Assembly: GCA_030141605.1 (NCBI GenBank)
Contig: JAQGDQ010000490.1
Coordinates: 94,591 to 158,590 of the forward strand
Direction: 5' to 3'
Origin: Tubiluchus corallicola
Lineage: Eukaryota; Animalia; Priapulida
DNA length: 64,000 nt
A model generated the notes under the pieces. It worked only from the letters and a program-made list of their open reading frames with translations, was not told the origin of the DNA and did not search any database. Shown piece by piece: positions 27,095 to 41,398 of this stretch. The translations under genes were made by a program, and so were the position numbers. Position 1 is the first letter of the stretch, and each line of letters opens with the position of its first letter.

Positions 27095-27522
27095 CGACGA
27101 CAACAGCAGCAATAGCAACAGAAAGAGTGCCGACAACGGCAACAACAACAACAAGAAAACAACAGCACACAACAACGAAAACAAAACGACAGCAACAATA
27201 CAGCAACATCAACAATAACAACAACAACAGCAACGATAAAAACAAACACAAAAACAATAACAAGACACAACAATAACAACAACAATAACAACTACAGCAA
27301 CAACAAAAACAACAACAACAACACACATGTACAACAACAGCAACAACAAAAACAAAACGCACAAAAACAATAACAACAACACACAACATAACAATAGCAA
27401 CAACAACAACAACAACAAGAACACCAACAACAACAACACCAACAAAAACAACAACAACACACACGAAGAACAACAGCAACAACAAAAACAAAACACACAA
27501 AAAACAATAACAACAACAACAG
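27095..27522. repeat. (CAA)n-rich low-complexity tract
   Basis: Direct reading. An equivalent (TTG)n tract lies at 37368-37735. Confidence 0.9.
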
Positions 27523-28462
27523 CCGCAGTAGCAATTCTGACAATTCCAGTTAAAGTCAAATGTGCTTCTTTTATATAATTTGACACACTACAACACGGAC
27601 TCCAGCATTCAATGGCAAAGCCCAGACCACTCAATACTTGTGGCAAAACCGGAACATAGCACATTAGCAGCCAGTCACAGTCAGATCTGCACAGAAATGA
27701 GTTATGAGGGCAAGATCACCAGTCTATTCACTGATTAGATGTGACAAGCTTAACTTCGTTTGCAAAATTAAGTATCCATTCACGTGACAACTCAGTTAAA
27801 TTCTCCCCTTGTGGTTTTTATGTAACCTCGAATAACGATTTCAGAGAAGCTACAATAATGAGTCCTGCTTAAAGGACAAAACAACACTCTTCATAAATAA
27901 TGGTTAAACAAATTCGTCTTGAAATTTTGTGTCACTTACATGCTGACTTATTGCATACAGAGCTTGTGTTGGCAGTAATGCTGTATGAAGCTCGTAAATT
28001 TAAAATTCCAGGGATGACCGTTAGGCGGAGTCATTTTAAGGGTAAGTCCTTTGAAACAAATTTAGATAAGACTGAGTAAAATTTGAAAAAACAATCAGAG
28101 CATTCGTAGCACACATATTACTAAGAAAAATTTTAAATTACTTTATCTTACCAATAAAATTAGTAGTATACCTTTGGCCAGTCAGCAACATTTCACCAAA
28201 TGGCGTCAATATTTTAAATTATTAAAAATTTTCTTTTCAAAACACAAAGTTTTTTAAACAGGTAAGCATAACGCAAAATAAACTTTGTGTGTAAAATTTT
28301 GAGGTATGTATAAAAATTACATTTTCTCCCCCTTTGCCCCCCCCCCCCAGTAATGCCTCACAAACACTTCTCATTCAAGCACTTGAAGTTGACTGGCAAG
28401 AAGCAAGCAAACTGCAGAACACAGCGGCATAGTTACATCTACTCAACTTGTTCCACTATACC

Positions 28463-29180
28463 CATCAAATGAATTTGACCTTTACATAATGTCAAGGTCA
28501 ATTCGTCCCTTTTAGTTCCGAAACAACAGGGAACAGTAAAGACGAAAAAGTTATGGGTCATAAGTCAAAATCAGTGTTCACCACAAATATTGAGTGGACT
28601 GAGCTCTGACATCAAATGAATTTGACCTTTACATAAGGGTCAAGGTCAACTCGTCTCTTTTTGTTCCGAAACAACAGGGAACAGATAAAGATGAAAACGT
28701 TATGGGTCATAAGTCAAAATCAGTGTTCACCACAAATATTGAGTGGACTGAGCTCTGCCATCAAATGAATTTGACCTTTACATAATGTCAAGGTCAACTT
28801 GTCGCTTTTTGTTCCGAAACAAAAAGGAACAGATAAAGATGAAAACGTTATGGGTCATAAGTCAAAATCAATCTCACCACAAATATTGAGTGGACTGAGC
28901 TCTGCCATCAAATGAATTTGACCTTTACATAATGTCAAGGTCAACTTGTCGCTTTTTGTTCCGAAACAAAAAGGAACAGATAAAGACGAAAAAGTTATGG
29001 GTCATAAGTCAAAATCAATCTCACCACAAATATTGAGTGGACTGAGCTCTGCCATCAAATGAATTTGACTTTTACATAATGTCAAGGTCAACTCCTATCT
29101 TTGTGTTTCGAAACAACAGAGAACAGATAAAGAAGAAAAAGTGGGTGATAAGGTGGTTATGGGTGATAAGTCAAAAATGC
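28463..29180. repeat. ~148-bp minisatellite x~4.5
   Basis: catcaaatgaatttgac recurs five times at ~148-bp spacing. Confidence 0.92.
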
Positions 29181-29430
29181 CTGACAACAAGTCACAAAAA
29201 ACGAGACAAATATTTCCCATAACATAAGTTAAGTAGTCTTCAACGTGTAGTGCAACAAGAAGGGTGGACAAAGAGATGAAAGACCATTTGTACAGGGCTG
29301 CTGTTTCGGAGAGACAAGAGGTAACCATACTTACAACGGGGGAAACCTGCATTTCAATAACCTGTAATCACCTGCAGCTGCGAATCGAAAAAGAGAAAGA
29401 AATTAGAAAAAGAAAAATGTTTAATGTTAC

Positions 29431-29548
29431 CTGAGACACCTGAGGAAACAAGCTGATGGCCAGAGGCAGAGCAAATCCGAACGCAGCCGTCACCACCGCC
29501 GCGTGCACCGGAAGATGCAAACGTGGATTGTTTTTCAAAAATGGCCTC
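29431..29548 (-). CDS. SFXN5: Sideroflexin-5 exon 11
   Basis: [39 protein letters not shown]; AG/GT; phase 2 to 0. Confidence 0.96.
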
Positions 29549-30350
29549 CTGAAACAGACGAATTCCATTAAATCACTTTTGTCGTCAAACTGTTTTGAAA
29601 ACTTCAACAATGTCGTAATTATCAACGCTTTCCAAAGAAGTCAAAAAAGCCACAAATAAAAATTATTATTATTGTCTTTGTCGTGTTCATCATCATCATT
29701 ATCATCATCACGCTTGGCAACGCCTTGCAGCACATGCTGTTGTAATAGTAACAGTTTTAACAGCTAGCTAGAACATTACCTAGTTCATTTTTTCTTGTTT
29801 CCCAGCAAGATTCTGCTAGTAAATCACTCTAATGCACAGACTAATGTGTAATTAAGTAAAGTCCACGTAAAGCAACTGATGTTACTGAATTGATGCGGCT
29901 GACGGTTTGCTTTGCCCACATGTCCGTGATGGTTGTAATTAAGATGCAAAGCTTGGGTTTTTTTACACTTTGTACTTCCTTGTTTTGTACTTCTTTCTTC
30001 TTGTTATCTGCAGCATCACCGTTTATGTTTAATACATATGTCTAAGTACATAGCTACAAGAGTAACTCGCTGAGGCATTCACACTGGACAGTAACTAGCA
30101 GCAATTGTCGGAGAGTTTGCGTTAAACAGTAACTCACACAGCAGCTCACACTTGCGAGTCTGGTGTCAGAGAGACACATTCGGCAGTAAGTGTTGTGCCG
30201 TGCATTCTTAGTGATTAGACACAGTTTTTGGAGCTGGCGTTCTAAGAAAAGCCTGCTCCAATGCAATCGAGCACTGGATGCTCACTCGACTATTTACCCT
30301 GTGGCTGACTAAGTTACTAAGTATTTACCCTGCGGCTGACTAAGTTAGGT

Positions 30351-31011
30351 CAGGGATGAGAATGACAAATTGCAAAAACTCTGAAACAGGGTGGGGGTTT
30401 GGGGGCCACGTAGGAACCCATGGGGGTTCAAGAGGGCAAAGCCCCCTTGGAGCCAGCACCAAATTGCAATTTTGTGACCAAAGAGAGCCTCTAAGTGGAC
30501 TTAAAATATCAATTACCTTGTTTCATACATAATTTAAAATACCCAACTATTAAGGATACATGATACATATGATCGTGAAGCTTCAAAATATTAACAAATT
30601 TTATTTTGCATATATTTCCCTATATTTCATAAATTATAAAATTAAACTTGGTTTTATTCAAATTACGCTTTGGTATTTGGTTGTTTGTGTCTGGAGGCCT
30701 CAAAGCTTCACATTTACCGCATTGCAGTAAAAGGAATGCTACAAATCGTACAGATTATCAAATAAACGATATTTACGCTTTATTTGAACTATTTTAGCCA
30801 AAATTTTTCAGCAATTTTTAACATCTAGGAGATAAAAGGTAAGCTGGATAAATACATCGAGAAAATGCTACTCAAAGTTTCGTTTAAGATTTCTACGAAA
30901 ACGAGGATCAACCCCGAAAAATTTTCTCAACGAATTTACGCGAGTTACAAAAATGGCACCACAGGTCTTCCAAAAACTCGGAATTCCGCGCGTGAAAAAT
31001 TCTCATCCCTG
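30351..31011. mobile_element. MITE family G (TIR CAGGGATGAGAAT), copy 1
   Basis: cagggatgagaat ... attctcatccctg. Homologous in inverse orientation to 58506-59014. Confidence 0.8.
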
Positions 31012-31043
31012 CTATTAACCCTGTGGCTGACTAGGCTACTTAC

Positions 31044-31129
31044 TTTTCCAATATGCTCATCACAGCCGGAGGTATTACTAAAATTGGAGCTGGTAGAATT
31101 GCTCTAGTTGCTGCCATCTCTAACAAGGC
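31044..31129 (-). CDS. SFXN5: Sideroflexin-5 exon 10
   Basis: ALLEMAATRAILPAPILVIPPAVMSILEK; tttacag / gtaagt. Confidence 0.95.
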
Positions 31130-31476
31130 CTGTAAATGAAAAAATACCTGATTATCATATTGCATTCATTCACTTTTAAAAACGCAGATTTAGATTTTTA
31201 AATTTAGGGAAACAAACTATAAGTATAATGTTGCGTCTCTTTTAGGCCATCCTGTATAATTTTCAGTTCAATTCAAACCTACGTTTACTTCCACTTACAC
31301 GATATAAACTAAAAAACGAGAAAAAAAGAGAAAGAGAGAGAGAAAGAGAGAGAGATACAGAGAGAGAGAGAGCGAGAGAGAGAGAGAGAGAGAGACGAAG
31401 AGAAAGAGAGAGAGAGAAGAGAGAGAGGGGAGAGAGAGAGAGACAGAAAAAGAGAGAGACAGAGACAGAGAAGCGA

Positions 31477-31539
<63 letters not shown>

Positions 31540-32068
31540 GGAGAGCAAGAGACAGAGGAGAGAGAAAAAGAGAGGGAGAGAGAGGGCCAATTTCGGTAGA
31601 TGATTTCGGACTTTGATTTAGATTCGCAATTAATTTATTCATCCATTTAACACAATACAAAAATAAAAGTTATAAAATTACTAATTAGCAATGCATTACA
31701 GCAGAAGAAATCAACTTATGAGCTATGCTCAACATGGATAAGACTAAATTAATGACACAAACAACAACAACTAAAAAAAGTACGTTAAATGGAGCGAAGC
31801 AAACAGATGATAGAAAACGATAATGACGATTGTGATGATGTTGATGATACTTATGACAACGATGGTGACATTAATGCTGATGACAATGGTGTTGGTGATG
31901 AGAATGATAATGAATTGATGCAAATGGTGATAATGCGCCAGGATGACATAAACCAAGTTAGCCAATTTTGCAGTGTTACGAAAATTGTGTTAAAATATTG
32001 AACTATGAAAAAATATAAACGATTTTTATATTTTATTTGTTATTTGATATTATTATTATTAGTAGTAC

Positions 32069-32137
<69 letters not shown>

Positions 32138-32768
32138 CATTATTATTATTTTATTTGATATTTATATGTTATTTTCAGTTACAGAAATTTACTAATCTGT
32201 GATAATAAGCAGAAAAAAGCAACGCAGATGATTTAGCAAAGTAAAACAGAGAGAGAACAGATCAAATCAGCTTATATGCACAATTATTTAATATAAATGT
32301 TATTATTTACTTTTTAATACATTATACGTATATTAATGTATAATAGATAATGTATCAATTATATAATGTATAATATATAATGTATAATACTTTACATTAT
32401 TATATACTGCATAATGTAATGTATTATATTACACTGTATATAATATAATACATTACATTACATAATACATATATAATGTATAATGTATAATACATTATAC
32501 ATTGTATACATTATACATAAACTACTTATAATGTATCCATTATAATGTATAATACATTATACATTATAATTGATACATAATAAATAGTTTAAAAGCTATT
32601 ATTTCTATACCGGTTCATAAATGTTTGTAGACAAAAAACTATATATATATATATATATTAGATAAACTATATTACTGTTAACAAATACAAAATTAACTAT
32701 ACAATTTTATACACATACAAAGTTGATAAATCTGAGAAGTCTGATGTTCCACCCACTCTGGATGAAAA

Positions 32769-33385
32769 TTAAAAGAAGACGGATGATTTTTCATATACAA
32801 CCCTATTTTCAAGTTCGATAAAAAGTAAATATTTTGACACAATTAATAATGCAAAAGCATTTATGTTAATTAAATAATAGATAAAAAACTTAACTAACTG
32901 CAGGTGGGCTCAACTATTGATGACATCACAAACTAACATAATTTTCAACAGCAAGGATGTTCCACGAGCGTGTTGCACGTGTTTGCAAAAGCGAAAATTG
33001 AAGTACAGTGCTACTGTAAGATTTTCAGGGTGTTGTACTAAAACTTGGCAAGTTTTAAGACAAAAATTCAAATTTCAAATTTACACTATACTCACACACG
33101 AGCTGTCAAACGTGTGTAGTTTGTCACAAACCAACACATCTGAAGCGAGAGGTACAGCACCTGTTGTTTGTGCAATGCATTTTCGAAATGCAGATACTAG
33201 TGCCTGTCTAACTAGAGAATGACTAAATGCATGTAACAGCAAAAAACTAGTGGCGCAAATGTGAAATTGTGATGGTCTGGTAATAATTGTTTTACCTTCT
33301 TTAGAAAACAATACGTTTCCTTTCAATATATTAAAGAGTAGGTTGTTTTGACCTACAATTTAACATTGGGTCTGGCCTTGCTTTA
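32769..33385 (-). mobile_element. Family A DNA transposon, copy 5
   Basis: ttaaaagaagacggatgatttt...ttgctttaa, homologous to the other copies. Confidence 0.75.
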
Positions 33386-33463
33386 AGAAATGTAAAATTT
33401 GCACATTTACAATGCATAACCTTTGATGATCATAATCTGGCTTCATTGTTTTCCGAAGCGAAA

Positions 33464-33932
33464 AGGCCATTCAACGGTGGGTGTAGTAGGCATATTTAGA
33501 ATTTGCAAAAGGGCCATGGCGTCCGGTAATGGGCGTTTTCCCGGACCGAACTCCGGATTTTTTCGAAATTTTGACCAAACAGCCTGCAGAAAAAACATTG
33601 TAGCGGTGCCTGGAGGGACCTCGGAAGGAGATATACAGGTCTTTAGAAAGAGCAAGAACAGGGCTACACGATGATGTGGGCTATATTTTAGTACACGTCC
33701 ACCAAGTGGAGTGCCGAAAAGTTAATTAGATGTTCTATTTTCGGCAATTTTCGCTTAAAAAACTGCTGAAGCAAAGCCATTGTTCTGACGTCATCCATTA
33801 ATCCATTATACTCTGTCTATAATCTTATAACTTTAATTCAGTAAAAGCTACTGCTACTGGCTATGCGTTATAAGTGAGGACTGTGTAGGATGTTCGCGTG
33901 TTATTGATTATAAGTGTATTTATATGCAAATT
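33464..33932 (+). mobile_element. Interspersed repeat family F, copy 1
   Basis: Diverged reverse complement of 40100-40566. Confidence 0.7.
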
Positions 33933-36900
33933 TTTTGCGGGGCCTGTTACGTGACTTCAAAAACGTAATACAGGCAAGTTCTGTCGCTTTTAAAGAGCTC
34001 CTGAAACTTCCCCATCGCTTCAATTCATTGGAGGTTTGTAGTAAACACATCTATGCCACATCCCTTTCAGAACAGCCCAGCGGAAACGCACCCCAAGCTC
34101 TCTCCAAAACATTCGACGGTAACGGCACAACTATTAGATGCGCAGGTATCATTTTCCCATTTCTAGGAGTCGCCATTGTTGCACGTGACACTAATGACCA
34201 TTAGCAAGACTATTGATGATGAGCAGCGCGCGACACCAGCATCAATTAAAGCATGTTCACTTGTTAAATTGTGGAGAGAAATGAAAAGTGGACAAATGTC
34301 TGTCTGCCAGCACAAAGAGGTGACGTCCGCACGGCGGAGGGAACAAGCTACAACCTACCCAACTTACCTGAAACACACCTGTCGTGCTATCTATACAGAA
34401 CGAGTAATCATCTCAATCAATCAATCAATTTATTTAACTCCAGCAATACATATACAATACATCAACATACAATATTATTGAAACAAAAAGAAACAGTATA
34501 GGTAAAAAAACGTTGATGAAGTCAAATTAACAAAATAAAAGAGTTGCTGTATGACACCTTGAAAGTTTGGCTTGTTAAGGTGGCACAAATGAGTGAATGA
34601 AAGAATGGCTAGGGTTAGTAGACATGATGGAATGGAAAAAAATAGTAAGATAGTGATAGGAAGATAGGAAAAAGGAATAAACGACCACAGTGTATGTTTA
34701 ACTTACATAGAGGTATATTAAAATAGCATTATAATTGATTGGAGGCCATATATTGCGACTGCATGAGACATGAAACCATTAAAATTGTATTATAAGTATG
34801 AATCAAAAATGGTCCTTTTCAAGTACTTTTTGAAACTATAAATAGTTTTGTGTATTTTTACTTGGGCACTTATTTTATTTCAGTTATTGGGGGCTGTGAT
34901 TTAATAAAGGGAATCATCTAATTGGGAATCACTTACGTTAACGGGTAAACCATTGTTTACCGGACAACAAACAACTTTGCCAAATATTTTTACTTCCTTG
35001 TATTTTTGAACACTTTATCATTGAAATCTGAATTGATTTCAGGCACTTTATTCACTTAAACATTATCATTCTACTGTTTTTTTTTTGTTTTTTGTCGGAT
35101 TTTGAAGCTAATGCTCTGTTTCTTTTATGTTAAAAATCTTAAGTTATTTTTATTTTGTTTGTTTCGCATATTCACAGTATTTTAGAATTGTAAATTTTTG
35201 GTTATTTAAATTATAATGTTCTACAGTATTGAGTTTCCCATCATTTAATTGCCAATTACAGACGTCAACAGAATTCAAATTTAAGTTGAGAACGGTGCCA
35301 AAATTAATTTTATTTAATCCTAGCTATTTAAGGGTGGCTGTTAATGCAAGCTGTGTATCCAATAAAACAGCACATGAGTAATATAATATTTTTAGCTTTA
35401 TTTATGAAGAGTGTTTTCTTGTGCTTTATTGATTGCATCACCTGGTCATACTGCCAAAAAATTCAGTCATGCATTAACATGCAATTAATCAGATAAATAA
35501 TCAACAACTCAAACATGAAAAGACAAAAACCATGGTATTGTTAACCATTTTGCACACCCACAACCCATAACAATCCAGCAGCCACTCTGTGTAAAAGTAC
35601 CTAACAAAGAAGCGAAAATATTAATAAAGATCCAGAAAAATTCCTGAAACTATCTGCCAACTAGACAAGAGGTATTTGTTAGTATTCCTTTTGACGCGGA
35701 TGAACTCTGTTAAAAGGAAACCAATTTTTTCATCAAACAATTCCATCGCTAAGAAGCCCGAGGAAAAAACAGATGTAAAAGCAGTTGTTGTGCATCTAGC
35801 AATATTCATAAGCAAAACTAGAAGACAAATCAACCCTGATGGTCTGGACAACATTGTAATTCACCGCTACAACCCCCAGCTGAAGACGGGTGGCCAAATC
35901 AATTAACAATCTCCGATCATAAGGGTAATAATGCAAACGGCGCCAATAAATCAATGTGTTTCCACACTACCACCTGCAAAGTTGACAACCACTGACTGTG
36001 CGCTAGCCAACGCCTGTGGTCGTCAGTCAGAAGTCCTTGCTGATGTCGTCACAGGGCATTATTTCTCAATGTAAATGTGTAAAACGGTACTAATGTGGCA
36101 ATCTTAGGACAAATAAGTGTAGCAAATGATCATTACGGAGCGATTAAGACAGTCATAAGCCTTTTAAACGATACTTAACACTAAATTAAGCCAACAAAGC
36201 ACCTTTCAATGCTGTTTAGGGACGTGCAAAGCAATCAGCAGCTTGTTTAGAAGAGTGAAAGCATAAAGATGCAAGGACACAATGTAGTCAAGTAGATAGG
36301 ATAAGATGAATAGGAATTCCCCGGGGCATTCTGCTTGGACCACTGCTATATACTTTTTACATAATTGACTTATTGTCAACAAAAAAGACAGAATTTGCAA
36401 TAGAGAATAATTCAAAGTCATGTCTTTCTTTATTATTTTTTGCAACTTAAAGTTAGATTTGAAAAATATGTCTTATTCAAAACAATTGTGACACTAACAC
36501 CAGTACAAAATCTTTTAATTTAAATCACGCTAGATGGGCTTTAGAAATGCAATATCAGTCACACCTGGGCCATGTTTTACAAAAAATGTTTGCAAATTGA
36601 ACCTCAAAAAAGAAAAAAAACGGACTTTTTACAATGTAATTAAACGATGTGATTTCAGACGTACGAAAGGTAATTTCAGCTGTGTAAAACATGGTTTTGA
36701 ACGTGCAAAAAGTTACCTGCATTGTGCAAAATATGAAATCATTCATACAAAAAGTTATTCGCTTAAACGAAAGGTTAAAAGAATTGTGCCGAGGAGGAAA
36801 CGGTCAATTTAAAATATCCTTTTGACAGAAAATTCTTCTTTTTGTATAGATAAAATCGCCTTTTGCAAATCTTGCACATTTGAAATCACTTTGTGTACAA

Positions 36901-38639
36901 CTGAAAGGGGAGTATGGTTATCAATACATAATGTAAAATTCACAAAGGAACTGCTGCCAACAATGCAAAACCGACTAGCTTGACTATTACCGGGTCAAGC
37001 TCCGCCCTGAGCAAATAGTTTACTGAACAAGATGATGATGCTAATGCGAAGTTTAAACACTTTTACCTGGATCCCTATTAGAAAATAATCTACTTAGTCG
37101 CACTGCATCTCACCTCCCCTCGTGGTTATTAGTAACGACTTGCGGATTATGGCGATAACGCCGATTGTTGTGCAAGACGGAATTGAAATCCATTACGCTA
37201 AAGACGCGTCCAGGGCTGAAGTGGAACAAAGCTGGGAGTCAAAAAGCCATGATGGGCATTAACGGTTCATCTTTGATGAGGTGGGAAAGTTTCTTTGACA
37301 GAATAGGTCCATTGATGCTCGATTACATATCTGAACCAAGAAATTAAGCACTTGATTCAAATATATATGTTGCTGTTATTGTTGTTGTTGCTGTTATTGT
37401 TGTTGTTGTTATTGTTGTTGTTTTTGTTGTTGTCGTTGTCATTGCTATTGTTGTTGTTGCTGTTATTGTTGTTGTTATTATTACTGTTGTTGTTGTTATT
37501 TTTGTTGTTGTTTTTGTTGTTGTCGTTGTCATTGCTGTTGTTGTTGTTGTTGTTGTTGTTTTTGTTGTTGTCGTTGTCATTGCTGTTGTTGTTGTTGCTG
37601 TTATTGTTGTTGTTATTATTACTGTTGTTGTTGTTGTTGTTATTGTTCTTATTATTGTTGTTGTTGCTGCTGTTGCTGTTGCTGTCACTGTTGTTATTGT
37701 TGTTGGTGGTGGTGGTGGTGGTAGTGGTGGTGCTGCAAACAAAAAGGAAAAACAATATACATTCTTCAGCATCATTTACATGACAACAAGTAAACAAAGC
37801 AGAGAATTCTCATCAACAAACGTCACAGCCGCATCTCAAAACAAAGCTTAATAAACAATTCACCTACCGAATGGGGAAATGAAAAGTTTAATAAACCACT
37901 GATGATGCATAATCGACCGACGTCTATACGCTGTTTTACTAAAATAACACGACTCGCCCCAGGAAGAGTGAATTTCCCACACGAGAATATGTGAGATGCA
38001 TGGAATTTAGCGGATTAAAACCGGATAAACCCGCAAAATTTGAATACGATAACAATGAAGCACAATGCAAGACGACACCCAGTTAATAAAAACTCATTGT
38101 GGCACCATTACCCTAACAATGACTGTTAAAGACAAGTCAAGATGACAGCACTTAAGTCCGAGTGACAAAATAAACGTGGGAAATCTTCAAATGATGAAAT
38201 TATTATGCAGGGGAAACAAAAGAGCTTGAAAAGAGCACATTTTCACAAACAATAAAGCACGTACGACAAAGAATGTTGTGAAATGTTCGGTGTTATCGTT
38301 TCTCATAAGCAAATTTGCATTCTATATGAATAAATTAACAAACTCAGACTTCAATGTTAAACATTCTGCTAATAAGAGTTTCGTTTTGCACGCGCATTTG
38401 CTGTAGGTCAAAGGTTAAGTGTACCACAGGAATGCATCTCAACTACAACCACCACGTGACAGGTGGGTAAAACAAAGCCATCTGCCACACCAGTTCAGTA
38501 ACTTCACTTGTTTACATAGACTTTAATTAATTATGCGATAGGCTGTGTGGGATCTTGCTTAAGAACAAGAAAAAATGAACTAGGTAAGGTTCTAGCTAGC
38601 TGTTAAATTGGTCACTACATATAACACAGTATAAGACAC

Positions 38640-39445
38640 CTAATATTAGTATGAGACACTACAAATAATACAGTATAAATAATACAGTATAAGACAGCAC
38701 AATATATATAAATAACACAGTATAATACAGTATAACAGAGTATTAGTATAAGACAGTATAAATAATACAGTATAAGACAGCATAAATATACAGTATAAGA
38801 CAGCACAATATATATAAATAACACAGTATAAAAGTACAGTATAAGACAGTATAAATCATACAGTATAAGACAGCACAATATATATAAATAACACAGTATG
38901 AGACAGTATACAGATATTAGTTTTTAGTTACAGTATAAATAATACAGTATAAGACAGCACAATATATATAAATAACACAGTATAAGACAGTACAACAGAG
39001 TATTAGTACAAGACAGTATAAATCATACAGTATAAGACAGCACAATATATATAAATAACACAGTATGAGACAGTATAACAGAGTATTAGTATAAGACAGT
39101 ATAAATAATACAGTATAAGACAGCACAATATATATAAATAATACAGTATAAGACAGTATAATAAAGTATTAGTATAAGACGGTATAAATAATACAGTATA
39201 AGACAGCACAATATATATAAATAACACAGTATAAGACACTATAACAGAGTATTAGTATCAGACAGTATAAATAATACAAGTATAAGACAGTATAAATAAT
39301 ACAGTATAAGACAGTATAAATAACACAGTAAAGACAGCACAATATATAAATAACACAGTATAAGACAGTATAAATAATACAGTATAAGACAGCACAATAT
39401 GTATAAATAACACAGTATAAGACAGTATAACAGAGTATTAGTATA
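38640..39445. repeat. Compound (acagtata-based) minisatellite
   Basis: Recurring acagtataagacagcacaatatatataaataacacagtata units. Confidence 0.9.
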
Positions 39446-40099
39446 AAAGACAGCGCTACATACAAATAATAAAGGCATTTCGAAATCAATCCCATATTAA
39501 ACAGTGCTACCATCTAGTGAGCAAAAAATGAATGATAACTAAAGCACTAACAGGTACGGGTAGATTTTTTTATTCTCGAGAACAAAATTGGGTAGTTCAA
39601 AAAATAGGAAATGTGGCACAAGCTGTGCTGAAGTACAAATTAATAAATTTATTCACCTTTAAACTCTCCCATACTTTTGACATTCTTTGACCCTGCCTAT
39701 AGGACCCAAACAAACTCTTGCTTAACATTTGGAAGAAAAAAATGCTTAACCAGTACTTGGAATTACCAGAAAAACTGAAATGATGACTAACCAGAGGATG
39801 ATGCATGGATAATGTAAGCACAGTTGGCTACATCATTTTCACCTAAGAGAGGGCACTGGGCAAGCGGAGTTGAGTGGTCATCACTGCAAAAAAACTACTT
39901 CTACTACTGACAGATGATATGTCAATGACCATGCTATTTCATTTTGCTTACATATATATTTCTGCACAGACTATGAGTCTTCAACATAAACTATGAACAA
40001 TTCCTACAGACACAATGACTAAAAAGGATATTACTTCGTTTAGCAATATAGTGAGCATATTACAGCCTATAGCAGTTTTTATTAAACACTAGCAAAGAA

Positions 40100-40566
40100 C
40101 TGCAAAAAAATTTGCATATAAATACACTTATAATCAATAATACGCGAACATCCTACATAGTCCTCATTTATAACGCAAAGCCAGTAGTAGCTTTTACTGA
40201 ATTAAAGTTATAAGGCTATAGGCAGAGTATAATGGATGACGTCAAAACAACGGTTTGCGTTAGCAGTTTCCCAAGCGAAAATTGCCAAAAATAGAACTAA
40301 TTAACTCGTATGTACTCCTTTTGGTGGATGTGTCCTAAAATATAGCCCACATCATCGTGTAGCCCTGTTCTTCATCTTTCTAAAGAGGTATATATATCTC
40401 TTTCCGAGAGTCAAACCAGGCGCCGCTAGAACGTTTTTTCCACATGCTGTTTGGTCAAAATTTCGAAAAAAATCGAGAGTTGCGTCCGGGAAAACGCCCG
40501 TTACGGGACGCCGTGACCCTCTAGCGAATTCTGAATATGCCTATTACACTCACTGCTGAACGGGCT
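40100..40566 (-). mobile_element. Interspersed repeat family F, copy 2 (inverted)
   Basis: e.g. atatagcccacatcatcgtgtagccctgttctt is the reverse complement of ~33653-33686. Confidence 0.7.
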
Positions 40567-40871
40567 ATCTATCCATGGCCATTCCTGTTCCCCAGAAATA
40601 AGAGGTATAAGTTTTGCAAAAAACGGCCGAAAAAATGGTCATTTTTGGTTTTGTTTTGCCCCCCTCCCTTCATCCCGGTGGGCCCGATTCGAAAAATAAA
40701 CTCCCAGTAGCATGACACTAGATCGAGACCTTTCGTTTGATGTATAGATCGCCGCAAATGGTGCCGCAGTCGAAGCTATAGGTGGTACGAAGGAACATAG
40801 GTTCGAGTACCGGTGAAGTACAGATTTTTCAAGCTTCTTAATTCACTTTGACTACATGTAGTTTCGATTAC

Positions 40872-40987
40872 CTTTTTTGCAGCAACCAAAGAGGTGCCGA
40901 CAACCTTGCCCTCCTTGTCTAACACTTCGATTCCCTCGTAAAGCTCGTTGTTCCTCATGAGCACGACGTTACAAGTGCTGGCCGCAG
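40872..40987 (-). CDS. SFXN5: Sideroflexin-5 exon 9
   Basis: AASTCNVVLMRNNELYEGIEVLDKEGKVVGTSLVAAKK; tttcag / gtaatc. Confidence 0.96.
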
Positions 40988-41130
40988 CTGAAACGGGCAC
41001 AAAAAGTCTGACAACCGGCACATGAAGGGTTAAGCAGTAAACATGAAGGTTAAATAACCTTCCAACTTGAAGATTTAAACTGCAAGGGTTAAGCTGTGAA
41101 TGTAAACCCACTCAAAATAAATAAAGTTCA

Positions 41131-41191
<61 letters not shown>

Positions 41192-41307
41192 ATGCGTGTG
41201 TGTTTTTGCGTGCGTGCATGCATGTTTGTGCGTGCGGGCATGCGTGTACGTATATATATGTACGTATGTATATATGTATGTATGTATATATAAAATGATA
41301 AACTCAC

Positions 41308-41398
41308 CGACAGCTGGGAATGGTATGAATCGCTGTATGAGCATCCTTGTTGCCGGAGACAACGCGCCTGCCCGTTTGATTACCGCATTTAAACCAAG
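41308..41398 (-). CDS. SFXN5: Sideroflexin-5 exon 8
   Basis: LGLNAVIKRAGALSPATRMLIQRFIPFPAV; ttctag / gtgagt. Confidence 0.96.

Noticed and set aside
26989-27664. Poly-N/T/V/C ORFs here and at ~16k, 37.4k and 59.9k
   Set aside because: Trinucleotide low-complexity tracts.
37899-37930. ctgatgatg as a third hammerhead core
   Set aside because: No stem II-GAAA follows.
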